The position numbers were made by a program, and so were the translations under genes. A stretch of DNA of 64,000 nucleotides from Acidimicrobiales bacterium (GTDB taxonomy: Bacteria > Actinomycetota > Acidimicrobiia > Acidimicrobiales > JBBRKR01): positions 16,491 to 80,490 of the forward strand of contig JBBRKR010000007.1 in assembly GCA_038231795.1 (NCBI GenBank), read 5' to 3'. Below the pieces are notes generated by a model. That model saw only the letters and a program-made list of their open reading frames with translations. It ran no database searches and was not told the origin of the DNA. Shown here in pieces: positions 63,682-64,000 of this stretch. Each line of letters begins with the position of its first letter. Position 1 is the first letter of the stretch.

Positions 63682-64000
63682 GTGACTGACATTTTGATCC
63701 ACGACATTTCTGGTTCGACACAGCGACTACTGGCCGTGGCCACCGCGCTAACCGACCACGATGTTCGCCAGTCATCGAATCTGTCGGGCTGGACCGTAGG
63801 GCATGTGCTGAGCCACATTGCGTTCAATGCCGAAGCGTTTGTGCAGTGCGCGGCCGACCTTCGGGCGGGGCGGACAGGAACCATGTACCCGGAAGGGTTT
63901 GCCGGGCGCGCCCAAGCCATCGAGACCGGATCATTGCGATCAGCCAACGACATCGTCACCCACCTCCGGGAATCGGCGAACGCTTTTGAACTTTCGTGGT
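63682..64000 (+). CDS. DinB-like / mycothiol-dependent maleylpyruvate isomerase N-terminal domain protein. Partial; runs off the right edge.
   Basis: Not in the ORF track because there is no stop. GTG 63682 gives VTDILIHDISGSTQRLLAVATALTDHDVRQSSNLSGWTVGHVLSHIAFNAEAF... Confidence 0.55.
   Translation, partial: MTDILIHDISGSTQRLLAVATALTDHDVRQSSNLSGWTVGHVLSHIAFNAEAFVQCAADLRAGRTGTMYPEGFAGRAQAIETGSLRSANDIVTHLRESANAFELSW

Overview
High-GC Actinomycetota-type chromosomal segment. The taxon is inferred from F420-type, mycothiol-type and ECF42/DGPF genes and is not provable from sequence alone. I count about 60 protein genes, one tRNA-Gly, no rRNA, no CRISPR array and no intact mobile element. All function calls come from reading the supplied translations for family motifs; no database search was run.

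Layout:
(1) 1-11.7 kb, all on the minus strand, is a one-carbon block. It holds fhs, folD, an IclR regulator, betB, betA and a six-gene corrinoid methyltransferase module. The module is: corrinoid protein, DUF1638, a small acidic protein, a pterin-binding methyltransferase, a 2Fe-2S/ASKHA reductive activase and an MttB-family methyltransferase that runs off the left edge. A fused pabB-pabC lies divergent to this block.
(2) 13.6-16.6 kb holds a P450, prfC and tRNA-Gly(UCC).
(3) 16.6-22.4 kb is a decayed mosaic. It contains a tRNA/tmRNA-like fragment, a frameshifted DUF429 gene, a 5'-truncated McrC abutting a 3' remnant of an acyl-CoA ligase, a Zn-site-less MDR dehydrogenase, sodA, an HD-GYP remnant and an orphan XRE regulator.
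(4) 22.3-34 kb holds thiolase-SDR-ferredoxin-P450, a large Tat lipoprotein of unknown function with two Gfo/Idh/MocA oxidoreductases, two SRPBCC proteins, an M1 peptidase and a PanE-like reductase.
(5) 34.1-35.7 kb holds a DGPF protein plus an ECF42-type sigma factor.
(6) 35.7-40.6 kb holds a Liv-type ABC importer.
(7) 40.8-60.5 kb is an oxygenase-dense catabolic region. It holds a carotenoid-cleavage-type dioxygenase, a Rieske oxygenase, a P450, a BVMO, an LLM, a molybdoenzyme, an ABM, SDRs, an enone reductase, a hot-dog hydratase pair, an amidase and two TetR regulators.
(8) 60.5-64 kb holds an HNH-like protein, a DDN/F420 enzyme, a VOC protein, HutD, a threonine-dehydratase-like enzyme and a partial DinB/MDMPI gene.

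The most interesting candidate is the corrinoid-dependent quaternary-amine demethylation module. It is wired directly to oxygen-linked choline oxidation and to THF C1 enzymes. It carries two embedded unknown genes, charge-complementary protein termini and an operator-like motif shared between two promoters.
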